A stretch of 64,000 nt of DNA from Thermoplasmata archaeon (lineage in GTDB: Archaea > Thermoplasmatota > Thermoplasmata > Lutacidiplasmatales > UBA184), in NCBI GenBank assembly GCA_022749935.1, contig JAKIWQ010000001.1, forward strand, positions 3,664 to 67,663, given 5' to 3'. The translations under genes and the position numbers were made by a program. The first letter of the stretch is position 1. Each line of letters starts with the position of its first letter. The notes below the pieces were generated by a model. The model searched no databases, had not been told where the DNA came from, and saw nothing but the letters and a program-made list of their open reading frames with translations. Below are positions 30,039 to 39,586 of this stretch, one piece after another.

Positions 30039-30527
30039 CTAAGCGTTGCGGGCGGCCCGCCCGACGGACCCGACGAGGAGCGCGACGGCCTCCCGGTTAT
30101 CCCCGTAATGGAGCCGGGTCGCCGCCTCCGCCGGGGTCACCCATTCAAACGCGTCATGTTCGGGGCTCAGTCGCGGCGCGAACCCCGTGGGCACCTCGAC
30201 GGCATAGGCATGCAGGCGCCACACCTCCCCGTTGTCGGCCCGAAAGGGTACTTGCCAATCCAGGGACCGGAGGTCGATCGGGTCGGCCAGCCCTGTTTCC
30301 TCGAGGAGCTCCCGGCGAATCGCCGCGTCGAGGGTCGGGTCCTCCGGATCCACCTTCCCGCTGACGGGCACCCAGATCGAGCCCCGCGCGGGGGGCCGCC
30401 GGAAGAGGAGGACTTGGAGCGGGTCGCGGGAGTACAGGTATCCTTCCACGCACTCCCGGGCGATCGGTTCGTCCGGCCCGGGGGGTCCCTTTCGAACCGG
30501 TGGAACGGCGGAGGTCGTCCGGTCCAT
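30039..30527 (-). CDS. NUDIX hydrolase
   Basis: GKVD...AAIRRELLEETGL, LSPEHDAFEW. Confidence 0.9.
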   Translation of the reverse strand: MDRTTSAVPPVRKGPPGPDEPIARECVEGYLYSRDPLQVLLFRRPPARGSIWVPVSGKVDPEDPTLDAAIRRELLEETGLADPIDLRSLDWQVPFRADNGEVWRLHAYAVEVPTGFAPRLSPEHDAFEWVTPAEAATRLHYGDNREAVALLVGSVGRAARNA

Positions 30528-30542
30528 CGGAGTCGAAAGGAC

Positions 30543-30944
30543 CTAGCGGCTCCGCGTCATGAGCTTCATGATCGCTTCCGCCGGCTCTCCGGAGGATTGA
30601 AACAGGGCCTCGATGGCTTCTGAACGGGACACCTCGGCCTGGTCCATGACGAGTTGAACATCCTCCTCAGGGGGCCCGGCGGCCGGCGTCGGGACCGCTG
30701 CGCCACCGGTCGAACTCGGCAAGGGTCCGGCCGAACGGGCCCGGATCTCCGGGGTGCCCACCACCTGGTACGTCCGTACGCCCTGGACGGTGAGCGCCGT
30801 CACTTCGGGGGATTTGAAGATGTGGTCCTTGGTCTTGGTCCGAACGATGACCTCCTCGACGCCGGGGATCTCCTCGGTCGTCATCCCGAGGCGGCGCATC
30901 ATCATCTCCATCTGGCGCTGGTTGCGGGGGCCGCCCGGGATCAT
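30543..30944 (-). CDS. nac: Archaeal nascent polypeptide-associated complex protein
   Basis: NQRQMEMMMRRLG, EEVIV, YQVVG; C-terminal UBA EDVQLVMDQA...AEAIMKL. Confidence 0.93.
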   Translation of the reverse strand: MIPGGPRNQRQMEMMMRRLGMTTEEIPGVEEVIVRTKTKDHIFKSPEVTALTVQGVRTYQVVGTPEIRARSAGPLPSSTGGAAVPTPAAGPPEEDVQLVMDQAEVSRSEAIEALFQSSGEPAEAIMKLMTRSR

Positions 30945-30952
30945 GGGGTCCT

Positions 30953-32191
30953 CTACGGTTCCTCGTCCTCGGTCGCCGACCGGATCCGTCGCTCGAGTTC
31001 CGGGTCCACGACCTCGGTCTCGTCCTCCGCCCCCGACTTGGGGCGCCGACGACCCTTCGTCCGCCGGGTTTCGCGGGTGCGCTGGACCTGGGACGTAAGT
31101 TCGTCCATCAGGCCCGAGATGCCGGCCATGAGGTTCCACCCCGTGTGCGAGGCGTAGAAGATCCCGGTGTCGGTGTGGAGTCGCGCCTCGACCGTGAGGT
31201 CGGACGTCCGATGCGTCGAGTGGGGGCTCAGGTGAAGGCTGAGGAGGATCGGCCGGACGTGGTGCGCGATCCGTTTGAGGGACCCCGCGACCAGGTGGTC
31301 GATGTCGGCCAGCAGCGCCGGGTCGCTCGACCCGCGAAGCCCCGTGACCTCGACGTAGACGTCCTCGACCCCGCCTTTCCCGTGCGCCGGCGCGACGCTC
31401 CCCACCACGAGACTGAGCAGGTCGGTTTGCGCCAGGATCCGCGTCGGGCGTCCGTTCTCGAGCACGAACACGCTCGAGATCTTTTCCCGAGTCATGAGCC
31501 GCGCGGCGTCCAGCGCGTCGGAGCCCACCGCGACCGTGAATGCGGGGGAGCGCATGATGGAGGTGACCTCGACGTCCAGGGCCGAGCCTCGGGTCACGAC
31601 ATCGAGCTTCCCGCCCACCGTCGGGCGCCAGAGGATCGCGCCAAGGTCCTCGAGTCCCACAGCCCCGACCAGCTTGCCCCTTTTGTCGACGACCGGAAGG
31701 GCGTGCTCTTCGAGGAGCCGGATCTGACCGATGAGATGGCGGATCGTATCGTTCTCCCGGACGAAGTACGACGCCGACCGGCCGATCTTCTCCACCGGCG
31801 CGCGGGCCAATCCCGAGAGGCCAGGGAGGGCGCGGACGAGGTCGGTACGACTGATGACGCCGAGAAGTTCCCCGCGCCGTCCCACGACCGGGGCGGCCCG
31901 GAGCCCGGTCGCGAGCAGTTCGGCCGCCACCTCCGGAAGGGTCGAACCCGGCGTGACGAGGGGAGGCACCACCAACAGGTGGCCGACTTTCGTCGCCACC
32001 GACCGGCTCGACCGACGGGCGATCGTCTCGAACGTGATCATCCCCAGGAGGCGGGAGCGTTGCAGGACAGGGATCTCGTGGATGTTCCGGGAGCGCATGA
32101 GGCCGAGGGCGCGGGAGATCGGCGCGTCGTGGGGCAGGGTTACCGGGCGGGCGGTCATCAGGTCCCCCGCGAGGGGCCATGCAACGGGCAT
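30953..32191 (-). CDS. 4xCBS protein with C-terminal HPF/RaiA-like domain
   Basis: Four CBS repeats, then VYVEVTG...VEARLHTDTGIFYASHTGWNLMAGISGLMDELTSQV. Confidence 0.8.
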   Translation of the reverse strand: MPVAWPLAGDLMTARPVTLPHDAPISRALGLMRSRNIHEIPVLQRSRLLGMITFETIARRSSRSVATKVGHLLVVPPLVTPGSTLPEVAAELLATGLRAAPVVGRRGELLGVISRTDLVRALPGLSGLARAPVEKIGRSASYFVRENDTIRHLIGQIRLLEEHALPVVDKRGKLVGAVGLEDLGAILWRPTVGGKLDVVTRGSALDVEVTSIMRSPAFTVAVGSDALDAARLMTREKISSVFVLENGRPTRILAQTDLLSLVVGSVAPAHGKGGVEDVYVEVTGLRGSSDPALLADIDHLVAGSLKRIAHHVRPILLSLHLSPHSTHRTSDLTVEARLHTDTGIFYASHTGWNLMAGISGLMDELTSQVQRTRETRRTKGRRRPKSGAEDETEVVDPELERRIRSATEDEEP

Positions 32192-32244
32192 GGTCGCCAA
32201 TCCGGGGCGTAGGCTTTAGCGACTACGGTTCGAATCGCATCCGG

Positions 32245-32751
32245 TCACGGGAGCGGACGGGCCATCTGGTACCCGTTCTCGCCGTCGGAGTAGTACCCCT
32301 TCAAGAGGTCGATGACCGAGTACTGGTATCGTGCGTAGAACCGGATGGCGGTGGCGTTCGACACGCGGACCTCGAGCGTGACCCGCCGGTACCCGCGATC
32401 CCGGCACCGGTCGAGAAACGTCCGCATGAGGAGGTGGCCGACACCAACCTCCCGATGCTGGCGATCGACCGCGAACATGAGGACCCGCGCCTCCCGCTCG
32501 ACCTGGGAGACGCCGAGGAGGAATCCGACCGGAACTTCGTCCGGGTTGGCCGCGACCAGAAACCCCTCGGGCCACTCCCCGCTTAAGGAGGGGTAGAGCC
32601 CGGGATCGTAGTGTTCGTGGAGGGAGTCGGCGACGATCGCGGCGATGAACGGGACGTCACTCGGCCGGAACCCCCGGAGAGTGACGGCCAGCCGGTCCTC
32701 GGGCAACGGAACGGCCCGGGGGGACGGAGCGGTATCAGCGATACATCTCAC
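32245..32751 (-). CDS. RimI/Ard1-like N-acetyltransferase
   Basis: FAVDRQHREVGVG, LEVRVSNATAIRFY, YYSDGENGYQM. Confidence 0.9.
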   Translation of the reverse strand: MRCIADTAPSPRAVPLPEDRLAVTLRGFRPSDVPFIAAIVADSLHEHYDPGLYPSLSGEWPEGFLVAANPDEVPVGFLLGVSQVEREARVLMFAVDRQHREVGVGHLLMRTFLDRCRDRGYRRVTLEVRVSNATAIRFYARYQYSVIDLLKGYYSDGENGYQMARPLP

Positions 32752-33511
32752 CCGGCCCTTCGGGTTCGGCGGAACGCATCGCCGACATCGATTGCTTGGT
32801 CTGCTGGAGGGTCTTCCGGACCCCTTCTTCGATCTCGCGCGCCTTCTCCCGCAGGGGTTTCGTGTCGAGGGCGAGCAAGGGGACGAGCGGGTTCAGCGTC
32901 TCGATGACCTTCGCGGCCGCCCGCGCGTCCGGGTAGTCCTTGTGCGCCTGCGCCACGAAGCACAGGACCGGTATGGTCCGGTTGATCGCGCCCAGCAGCA
33001 GGCCGCCGGCCAACCCGGTCACGACCCCGTTGGCCGCCGCGAACTGGTACTTTTCGAGGAGCGGCGCGGCGGCCCGATTCGTCATGGCCACCACGCGGGC
33101 GTCCCCGCCGACCTCGGTCTCGATCGGTTGGCCCTCGATCGCGACCACGAGCTGGACTCCCTTGGCCTCGGCCCAGTCGAGGAGTACTCGGCCGAGCTCG
33201 TTCAGCATCCCGGGCGACGGTTGGATGTCGGCGATCAGGACGACGAGCTGGTCACACGACCGGTCGATGCCGCAGACGAGCTTGCTCGCATAGAATCGGA
33301 CTGGTGCGCTCACGACGCCCTCCTCCATGACGACGGTGGGCGGAAACTCTTCGCTGATCATGTAGGCAATCGGGCTCATGTCGAGCGCGTGGACAAGATA
33401 GGAGACCGCGACGGAGCCGACCAGCCCGTGCGTAGGAAACCCGACGACGAGCATCGCCCCCTTCAGCGGCTCGTCCCGGGTGTCGACGATGTGGATGTTC
33501 GAGGCGCCCAT
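32735..33511 (-). CDS. PAC2-family proteasome assembly chaperone
   Basis: GFPTHGLVGS, PVRFY, YPDARAAA. Confidence 0.88.
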   Translation of the reverse strand: MGASNIHIVDTRDEPLKGAMLVVGFPTHGLVGSVAVSYLVHALDMSPIAYMISEEFPPTVVMEEGVVSAPVRFYASKLVCGIDRSCDQLVVLIADIQPSPGMLNELGRVLLDWAEAKGVQLVVAIEGQPIETEVGGDARVVAMTNRAAAPLLEKYQFAAANGVVTGLAGGLLLGAINRTIPVLCFVAQAHKDYPDARAAAKVIETLNPLVPLLALDTKPLREKAREIEEGVRKTLQQTKQSMSAMRSAEPEGPGEMYR

Positions 33512-33771
33512 GTGGTCTGGTTACTGGAGGGCCCCGAGTTCCTACCGTTCGTCCACTTATTGGTCTTTGGTTGGGAAGATCCGGGCCGCAGCGAAAGGCG
33601 TTTTCGAGCGAATTGTAAGACGTTCCGCGGGGAGCGTATCGAGGAAGAATGAGAACAGCTGTCTCATTTCAGCCCGAAACCTGGCACGTTACGTGATATC
33701 ACTGCAGGTGGACCGACGGCGGCCTAACGCTTAAAGAGGGGGACCGAGCATTCACAGTCCGCTCCGAAGCT

Positions 33772-35016
33772 ATGAAAGTCCTGATTACTGGCGTGGATGG
33801 GTACTCCGGTTGGCCTCTCGCCCTGCATCTTCTCGCCCGCGGACACGAAGTGGTCGGAATTGACAATTTCGTCACGCGGAAGCGCGTGAAGGAGGTCGGG
33901 AGCTGGTCCGCGACCCCGATCCCCACGTTCGCGAAACGCCAGGTCGCCGTCCGGGAGATCATGGGGAAGGAGCTCGGGTTCTACCGCGGCGACCTGCAGA
34001 ACTACGACTTCGTCCACCACGTCCTCCAGGCCGAGCACCCGGACGCGATCGTCCATCTCGCCGAGCAGCGGAGCGCGCCCTACTCGATGATCGATGTCCA
34101 CCACGCGGTCGCGACCCAGGTGGAGAATCTCACCGGTACGCTGCACATCCTCTACGCCATGAAGGAAGCCTGCCCCGACGCCCATCTCGTCAAGATGGGG
34201 ACGATGGGAGAGTACGGGACCCCGAACACCGACATCCCCGAGGGATTCTTCGATGTCGAGTTCCACGGTAGAAAGGACCACCTGCCCTTCCCGCGCCAGG
34301 GCGGCTCGTGGTACCACTGGAGCAAGGTCTTCGACTCCGGGGACGTCATGTTCGCGGCGAAGATCTTCAACCTGCGCGCGACGGACGTGATGCAGGGCGT
34401 CATCTACGGCATCCGGACGCCGGAGATCACGGACGACCGGCTCCTCACACGGTTCGATTTCGACGAGACGTGGGGGACGGCCCTGAACCGGTTCATCGCC
34501 CAGGCCGTTCTCGGTTCGCCCATCACGCCGTACGGCCGGGGCGAGCAGAAGCGGGGATTCTTGGCGCTCGAGGATTCTATGCAATCCCTCCGCCTGGCCG
34601 TCGAACACCCGGCCGCTCCCGGCGAGTATCGCGTGTTCAATCAGTTCGACGCATCCTACTCGGTCAACGAGCTCGCCGACCGGGTCGCCCGCATCGCCGG
34701 CGAATTCGACCTCAAACCGGTCATCGAGCACCCCGCCGACCCCCGGGTGGAGGCCGAGCAACACTACTACCAGCCGATCCACGAGCACCTCCCGGCGCTC
34801 GGGTACCGCCGCACCCGCGAACTCGACGAGGTCGTGCGGGAGATCTTTACCGACTTGCTCCGGTTCCGCCGGCGACTCGAGGCTGGGCGCCACGTGGTCG
34901 TTCCGACGGTCCAGTGGCGCGTACCGGACAGCCGACCGTTGCTCAAGGCCCGGGCGGCGCCCGAGGCTCCGCTTCCCACGCACCCAGGGTCCCCCTCGTT
35001 GGACAGTCCGGCCTAA
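33772..35016 (+). CDS. sqdB: UDP-sulfoquinovose synthase (SqdB/Agl3)
   Basis: GVDGYSGWP, HLAEQRSAPYSMI, KMGTMGEYGTPN, SWYHWSKVFDS, GTALNRF, RVFNQF. Confidence 0.93.
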   Translation: MKVLITGVDGYSGWPLALHLLARGHEVVGIDNFVTRKRVKEVGSWSATPIPTFAKRQVAVREIMGKELGFYRGDLQNYDFVHHVLQAEHPDAIVHLAEQRSAPYSMIDVHHAVATQVENLTGTLHILYAMKEACPDAHLVKMGTMGEYGTPNTDIPEGFFDVEFHGRKDHLPFPRQGGSWYHWSKVFDSGDVMFAAKIFNLRATDVMQGVIYGIRTPEITDDRLLTRFDFDETWGTALNRFIAQAVLGSPITPYGRGEQKRGFLALEDSMQSLRLAVEHPAAPGEYRVFNQFDASYSVNELADRVARIAGEFDLKPVIEHPADPRVEAEQHYYQPIHEHLPALGYRRTRELDEVVREIFTDLLRFRRRLEAGRHVVVPTVQWRVPDSRPLLKARAAPEAPLPTHPGSPSLDSPA

Positions 35017-35027
35017 TTCGGGAGCCG

Positions 35028-35921
35028 ATGCACGCGGTCATCACCCTCGCCGGTGAAGGCACGCGCATGCTCCCCTGGAGCCGGGGGCTGCGGAAGGAGT
35101 TCCTTCCGCTCTACGATCGTGGCACGAACGGCTCGTTGGTCCTGAAGCCGGTCGCCCACCTCGTCGTGGAATCCCTGGTCGGGGCCGGCGCCCAGCTGGT
35201 GACCATCGTCGTCCAGCCCCGGGACGCCGGGTTCGTGCAGAACTATTTCACCATCGACCACAACTTCCTCAACCGGCACAAGCGCCACCCCGACCGGTTG
35301 GTCGAGACCCGGAGGTTCTATCGGACCCTGGACGAGGTCCGTTTCGTCTTCACTTCCCAGCCCCGCCCGGCAGGTTTCGGGGACGCGGTCCTCCGCACCC
35401 AGGGCGTCGTGGGACACAACCCGTTCCTCCTCCACGCGGGCGACGGGATCGTCGTCGAGCGCCACCGGGGCGCCGCCCTTCGGGCGATGTCCGAGCTGCG
35501 CGAGCGGGAGAACCTGGACGCGGTGGTCCTCGCCCGGCGCGTGAAGAACCCTCGCCACTACGGGGTGATGGAGGGGCGGCCCGGCAAGAAGGTCGGCGAG
35601 TACCCCCGGCTCGATGTGACCCGGATGGTCGAGAAGCCGGACCGGCCGAGGAGCCATTGGGCCGCCGCGGCCGTCTACACGTTCGGCCCCCGGCTGTTCC
35701 CCGCCCTGGAGGCCGTCCGGAAGGAGAAGCGGTCGCCGGAGCTCGAGCTCACCGACGGGATCCAGAAGATGATCTCCGACGGGGGACGCGTGGCGGCCCT
35801 CCTGATCAGCCCCCGAACCGGGACCTGGAGGTCCGTGGGTTCCCCCGAGGGGTACGGGCACGCGCTCGCTCAGACCCGCCGTGAGGCCGAACGGGCGGCC
35901 GGTGCCGCTCGGAACGATTAA
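35028..35921 (+). CDS. Sugar-phosphate nucleotidyltransferase (GalU-like)
   Basis: AGEGTRMLP...KEFLP, QPRPAGFGDAV, MVEKP, ELELTDGI. Confidence 0.88.
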   Translation: MHAVITLAGEGTRMLPWSRGLRKEFLPLYDRGTNGSLVLKPVAHLVVESLVGAGAQLVTIVVQPRDAGFVQNYFTIDHNFLNRHKRHPDRLVETRRFYRTLDEVRFVFTSQPRPAGFGDAVLRTQGVVGHNPFLLHAGDGIVVERHRGAALRAMSELRERENLDAVVLARRVKNPRHYGVMEGRPGKKVGEYPRLDVTRMVEKPDRPRSHWAAAAVYTFGPRLFPALEAVRKEKRSPELELTDGIQKMISDGGRVAALLISPRTGTWRSVGSPEGYGHALAQTRREAERAAGAARND

Positions 35922-35991
35922 GACACTTCCGGCGTTGGCGGCGCGTCGTCTACGAGGGGCGCTGCCTCCTCGGGACCAGGTCGGAATCTCG

Positions 35992-37074
35992 ATGAAACGC
36001 CAGATGGTCGATATGCTGGCGGAGCTGATCAAGATCCCGAGCGACCCGACGTCCGACAAGCAGGAGGTGCTGGACTACGTCCAGTCGTTCACCGACCAGA
36101 TCCACATGCGGAACACCCTCTTCGGGGACGCCCAGGCGCCGAGCCTGCTCGCGGAATACGGGCAGGGCGGCGTGGTCCTGTCCGGACATCTCGACACTCC
36201 CCCCATCGGGGACTACTGGAGCTTCTCCCAGAGCCAGCTCGCCTCCGGAAGGATGTACGGCCGTGGCGCCGCCGACATGAAGGGGACGGTGGTCGCGATG
36301 CTCGAGGCGGCGCAAGACCTCGTGACCCGGAAGATCCCCGTCGTCCTCGCGTTCACGACCGACGAGGAGACGACCATGCAGGGCGCGATCGCCCTCTCCA
36401 AGACCCTCCCGCTCCGCCGAGCCAAGGCGGTCGTGGTCGGCGAGCCGACCGGCCTCCGCGTCGCGCATGCCGAGAAGGGAGTGTTGGACCTCGCGATCGA
36501 GACCCGCGGGAAGGCGGCCCACGGCGCCATGCCGCATCTCGGGGAGAACGCCATCGGCAAGATGATGCGGATCCTGCGCGGGCTCGAGTCGTTCAAGGGC
36601 CGGATCGCCCACCCCGAGCTCGGGTCGGTCACCATGAACCTTGGTACGTTCCACGGAGGAAGCCGTCTCAACGTCGTCCCCAACAAGTGCACGAGCGAGG
36701 TCGATATCCGGTTCCCCCCGCCCTACACCCCCGAACAGCTCTACCAGGAGGTCGAGGAGCACCTGCGGCGGATCAAGACCCCGTTCACGCTCCGGCGGAT
36801 CCTGACGATGCCGGCGGTCCAGATCGACCCAAACGCCGAGCACGTCCGCATCCTCCGCGAGGTGGCCCAGGCCGAGACCACCGTCCTCGTCCACGCCTCC
36901 GAGGCGGTGCACTACACCCAGGTAAACCCGCGGGTCGTGATCTTCGGGGCTGGTGAGGAGGAGCTCTCCCACCAGGCCAACGAGTACGTCAAGGTCGAGG
37001 CGGTCGCCCGCGCCACGGAAGTCTACAAGAAATATGCCCAGCGGCTGGCCGCGGCCCGCTCCTCCTCATCGTAG
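35992..37074 (+). CDS. M20 metallopeptidase/deacylase (ArgE/DapE-like)
   Basis: SGHLDT, GRGAADMKG, DEE, GEPT, HQANEY. Confidence 0.9.
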   Translation: MKRQMVDMLAELIKIPSDPTSDKQEVLDYVQSFTDQIHMRNTLFGDAQAPSLLAEYGQGGVVLSGHLDTPPIGDYWSFSQSQLASGRMYGRGAADMKGTVVAMLEAAQDLVTRKIPVVLAFTTDEETTMQGAIALSKTLPLRRAKAVVVGEPTGLRVAHAEKGVLDLAIETRGKAAHGAMPHLGENAIGKMMRILRGLESFKGRIAHPELGSVTMNLGTFHGGSRLNVVPNKCTSEVDIRFPPPYTPEQLYQEVEEHLRRIKTPFTLRRILTMPAVQIDPNAEHVRILREVAQAETTVLVHASEAVHYTQVNPRVVIFGAGEEELSHQANEYVKVEAVARATEVYKKYAQRLAAARSSSS

Positions 37075-37141
37075 GCACCTCCGGTCGACGGCCGGCTCCG
37101 GCAACGGCGTTATCAAGGGACCGGCGCGGTACCTCCTTCCG

Positions 37142-38320
37142 GTGAAGATCGCCCAGGTCTCGATGCGATTCCCCCCCGGGCCGGGGGGCGTCGAGCGGCA
37201 TGTCGCCGAGATCTCCGGCCGCCTCGGGGCTCGGGGCCACCGGGTCGACGTGTTCACGAGCGAGCTGTACCGGGAATTTCCGATGCAACGACTCGGCCCG
37301 GACGTCCCCCGCGAAGAGGCTCGCCCTTTCGGGAACGTCCACCGCCTCCCGGTCCGGTCCCTTCCCGGACCGCTCCACTACCCGTTCTTCCGCGGTCTGG
37401 AATCCGCGCTTTCTCGTCAGCAGCCGGAGGTCGTCCACGTCCACACCTACGGGACCCACCAGGTGGCGGTCGCCGGCCGGTACGGCCGGGCGACGGGCAC
37501 GCCGTTCGTCCTCACGGCCCACTTTCATCCGATCTGGTCGATCGAGGGGGGTTGGGTACGCCACCGACTCCGAGGGTTCTACGACCGACGCCTGGCCGGA
37601 CCGATCGTGCGCGCGGCCGCGCGGGTGATCGTGCAGACCCGGGAGGAGGAGCGGCTCCTCCGATCGCTCGGGCTCGAGCTCCCACCGGTCCACGTCATCC
37701 CGCCGGGATACGCTCCCCTCGCCGCGACGGCCCCCGGCGGTACGTTTCGCGCGCGGTACGGGATCACCGGACCCTACCTGCTGTTCGTCGGCCGACTCGC
37801 GTCGAACAAGGGGTTGCTCCCGCTCCTCGAAGCGTTCAGGACCGTGGCGCACGACGCACCCAGCGCGACGCTCGTGCTCATCGGGGAGGACGGCGGGATG
37901 CGGACCTCGGTCGAGGCGGCCGCGGTCCGGCTCGGCCTCGGAGAGCGGGTGCGGATCCTCGGCCACGTGCCGGACGACGCCGTGCTGGCCGATGCGTACC
38001 GCGACGCGCGGCTCACCGTACTTCCGAGCGAGTACGAGGCGTTCGGTCTCGTCCTCCTCGAGTCGCTGGCGCAAGGGACGCCCGTCGTCGCGTCCCGGGT
38101 CGGGGGAATCCCCGAGTTCGTCCCGGACGGCCAGGCCGGCCTGCTCGTGACCCCGAACGACCCCTCCGAACTCGCCCGAGCGATCCTCCGGCTCTGGGAC
38201 GACACGTCGCTCGCCGGCCGGCTCGGCGCCTACGGACGGGAGGTGGTGGTCCCCCAGTACACGTGGGATCGGTTGGTCGACCGGCTCGAAGGGGTCTACC
38301 GAGACGTGGTGGGCCCGTGA
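37142..38320 (+). CDS. Glycosyltransferase family 4
   Basis: GGVERH, FVGRLASNKG, EAFGLVLLE. Confidence 0.92.
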   Translation: MKIAQVSMRFPPGPGGVERHVAEISGRLGARGHRVDVFTSELYREFPMQRLGPDVPREEARPFGNVHRLPVRSLPGPLHYPFFRGLESALSRQQPEVVHVHTYGTHQVAVAGRYGRATGTPFVLTAHFHPIWSIEGGWVRHRLRGFYDRRLAGPIVRAAARVIVQTREEERLLRSLGLELPPVHVIPPGYAPLAATAPGGTFRARYGITGPYLLFVGRLASNKGLLPLLEAFRTVAHDAPSATLVLIGEDGGMRTSVEAAAVRLGLGERVRILGHVPDDAVLADAYRDARLTVLPSEYEAFGLVLLESLAQGTPVVASRVGGIPEFVPDGQAGLLVTPNDPSELARAILRLWDDTSLAGRLGAYGREVVVPQYTWDRLVDRLEGVYRDVVGP

Positions 38321-39471
38321 AGATCGCGCAAGTGACCCTGCGATTCGACGCCCCGGGGGGCGTCGAGACGAATGTCCGCGAAGTGGCGCGCCTGCTGAAG
38401 GCGTCGGGGGAAGACGTGACGGTGTACGCGAGCGACCTCTACGACGAAGCGCGCTGGGACCGGCGAGACCACTACGCTCCGGTAGTGGACGGGGTGCCGG
38501 TCCGTCGCTTCCCCGTGCGGAAGCGACTCGTCCCGGGCCTGACGATGCCCATGATGGTGGGTCTGATGGACGCCCTCTCCGAGAGCGGGTCCGACGTGCT
38601 GCATGCGCACTCGCACCGGTACGGCCATGTGCTCGAGACCGCGGCGGTCGCCGAACGGCGAGGGATCCCGTTGGTCGTGACGACGCACTACCACCCCGCC
38701 GACCACCGGGAGCCCGCGTGGAAACGTGGGATGCTCCGATTGCAGGACGTCGGGTTCGGGGCGACCGCGTACCGAATCGCCCGGGCGCTGGTCGTGGAGA
38801 CCGAACGCGAGGCCGGTCTCGTGCGCGAGTTCGCCCCGGCCGACCGGATCCGTGTGATACCGCCCGGCATCGACCTGGCCCGCTGGTGCGCACCGGGGCG
38901 GGAGGACCCACCTCCGGGCTTGCCTCCGGAATACTTCCTCTTCTTCGGACGCGTCGCCTCCAACAAGGGCGTCCCCTCGCTGGTCGAGGCGATCGCCCGT
39001 CTCCCGGCCGCCGCGCGACGGCCGCTCGTGCTCATGGGGCCCGACTGGGGGGAGCGTGCGGCCATCGAGGAGCGCGCGCGGGCCCTCGGCGTCGAGCGGG
39101 AGGTCGTGTTCCTCGGTCACGTCGAACCGCTCGAATCGGCTCGCGCCGTCGTGCGAGGCGCCCGGGCACTCGTCCTGCCGTCGGAGTGGGAGGCGTTCGG
39201 CCTCGTCCTCCTGATCGCGATGGCGGTCGGGACGCCGATCGTCGCGACCGCGGTCGGAGGGGTCCCGGAGGTGCTGGATCGAGGACGGGCCGGACTCCTC
39301 GTTCCCTATGGGGATGGACCGGCGCTGACCGAGGCGCTGCGGCAGGTCATCGAGGACCCCGAGTCCGCCCGCGGCCGCGTCCGCGCCGGCCGGGAGCGGG
39401 TGCTACAATTCGACTGGTCGGTGGCGGCCGAGCGTCACCGTGCCCTCTACCGGGAGGTCGTGGGGAGCTGA
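38317..39471 (+). CDS. Glycosyltransferase family 4 (paralogue)
   Basis: GGVETN, FGRVASNKG, EAFGLVLLI (second Glu of E-x7-E replaced by Ile). Confidence 0.9.
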   Translation: MKIAQVTLRFDAPGGVETNVREVARLLKASGEDVTVYASDLYDEARWDRRDHYAPVVDGVPVRRFPVRKRLVPGLTMPMMVGLMDALSESGSDVLHAHSHRYGHVLETAAVAERRGIPLVVTTHYHPADHREPAWKRGMLRLQDVGFGATAYRIARALVVETEREAGLVREFAPADRIRVIPPGIDLARWCAPGREDPPPGLPPEYFLFFGRVASNKGVPSLVEAIARLPAAARRPLVLMGPDWGERAAIEERARALGVEREVVFLGHVEPLESARAVVRGARALVLPSEWEAFGLVLLIAMAVGTPIVATAVGGVPEVLDRGRAGLLVPYGDGPALTEALRQVIEDPESARGRVRAGRERVLQFDWSVAAERHRALYREVVGS

Positions 39472-39586
39472 GCCGGCGGCCTCGCGAGGCGACGCAGTTC
39501 TTCTCCCACGTGGGCGAGGTCGCTGCCGGCCGACCCGGGGCGCAACCGGGCCGCGGCCACGAAGAGACGCCCGATGAGTCCGACCA

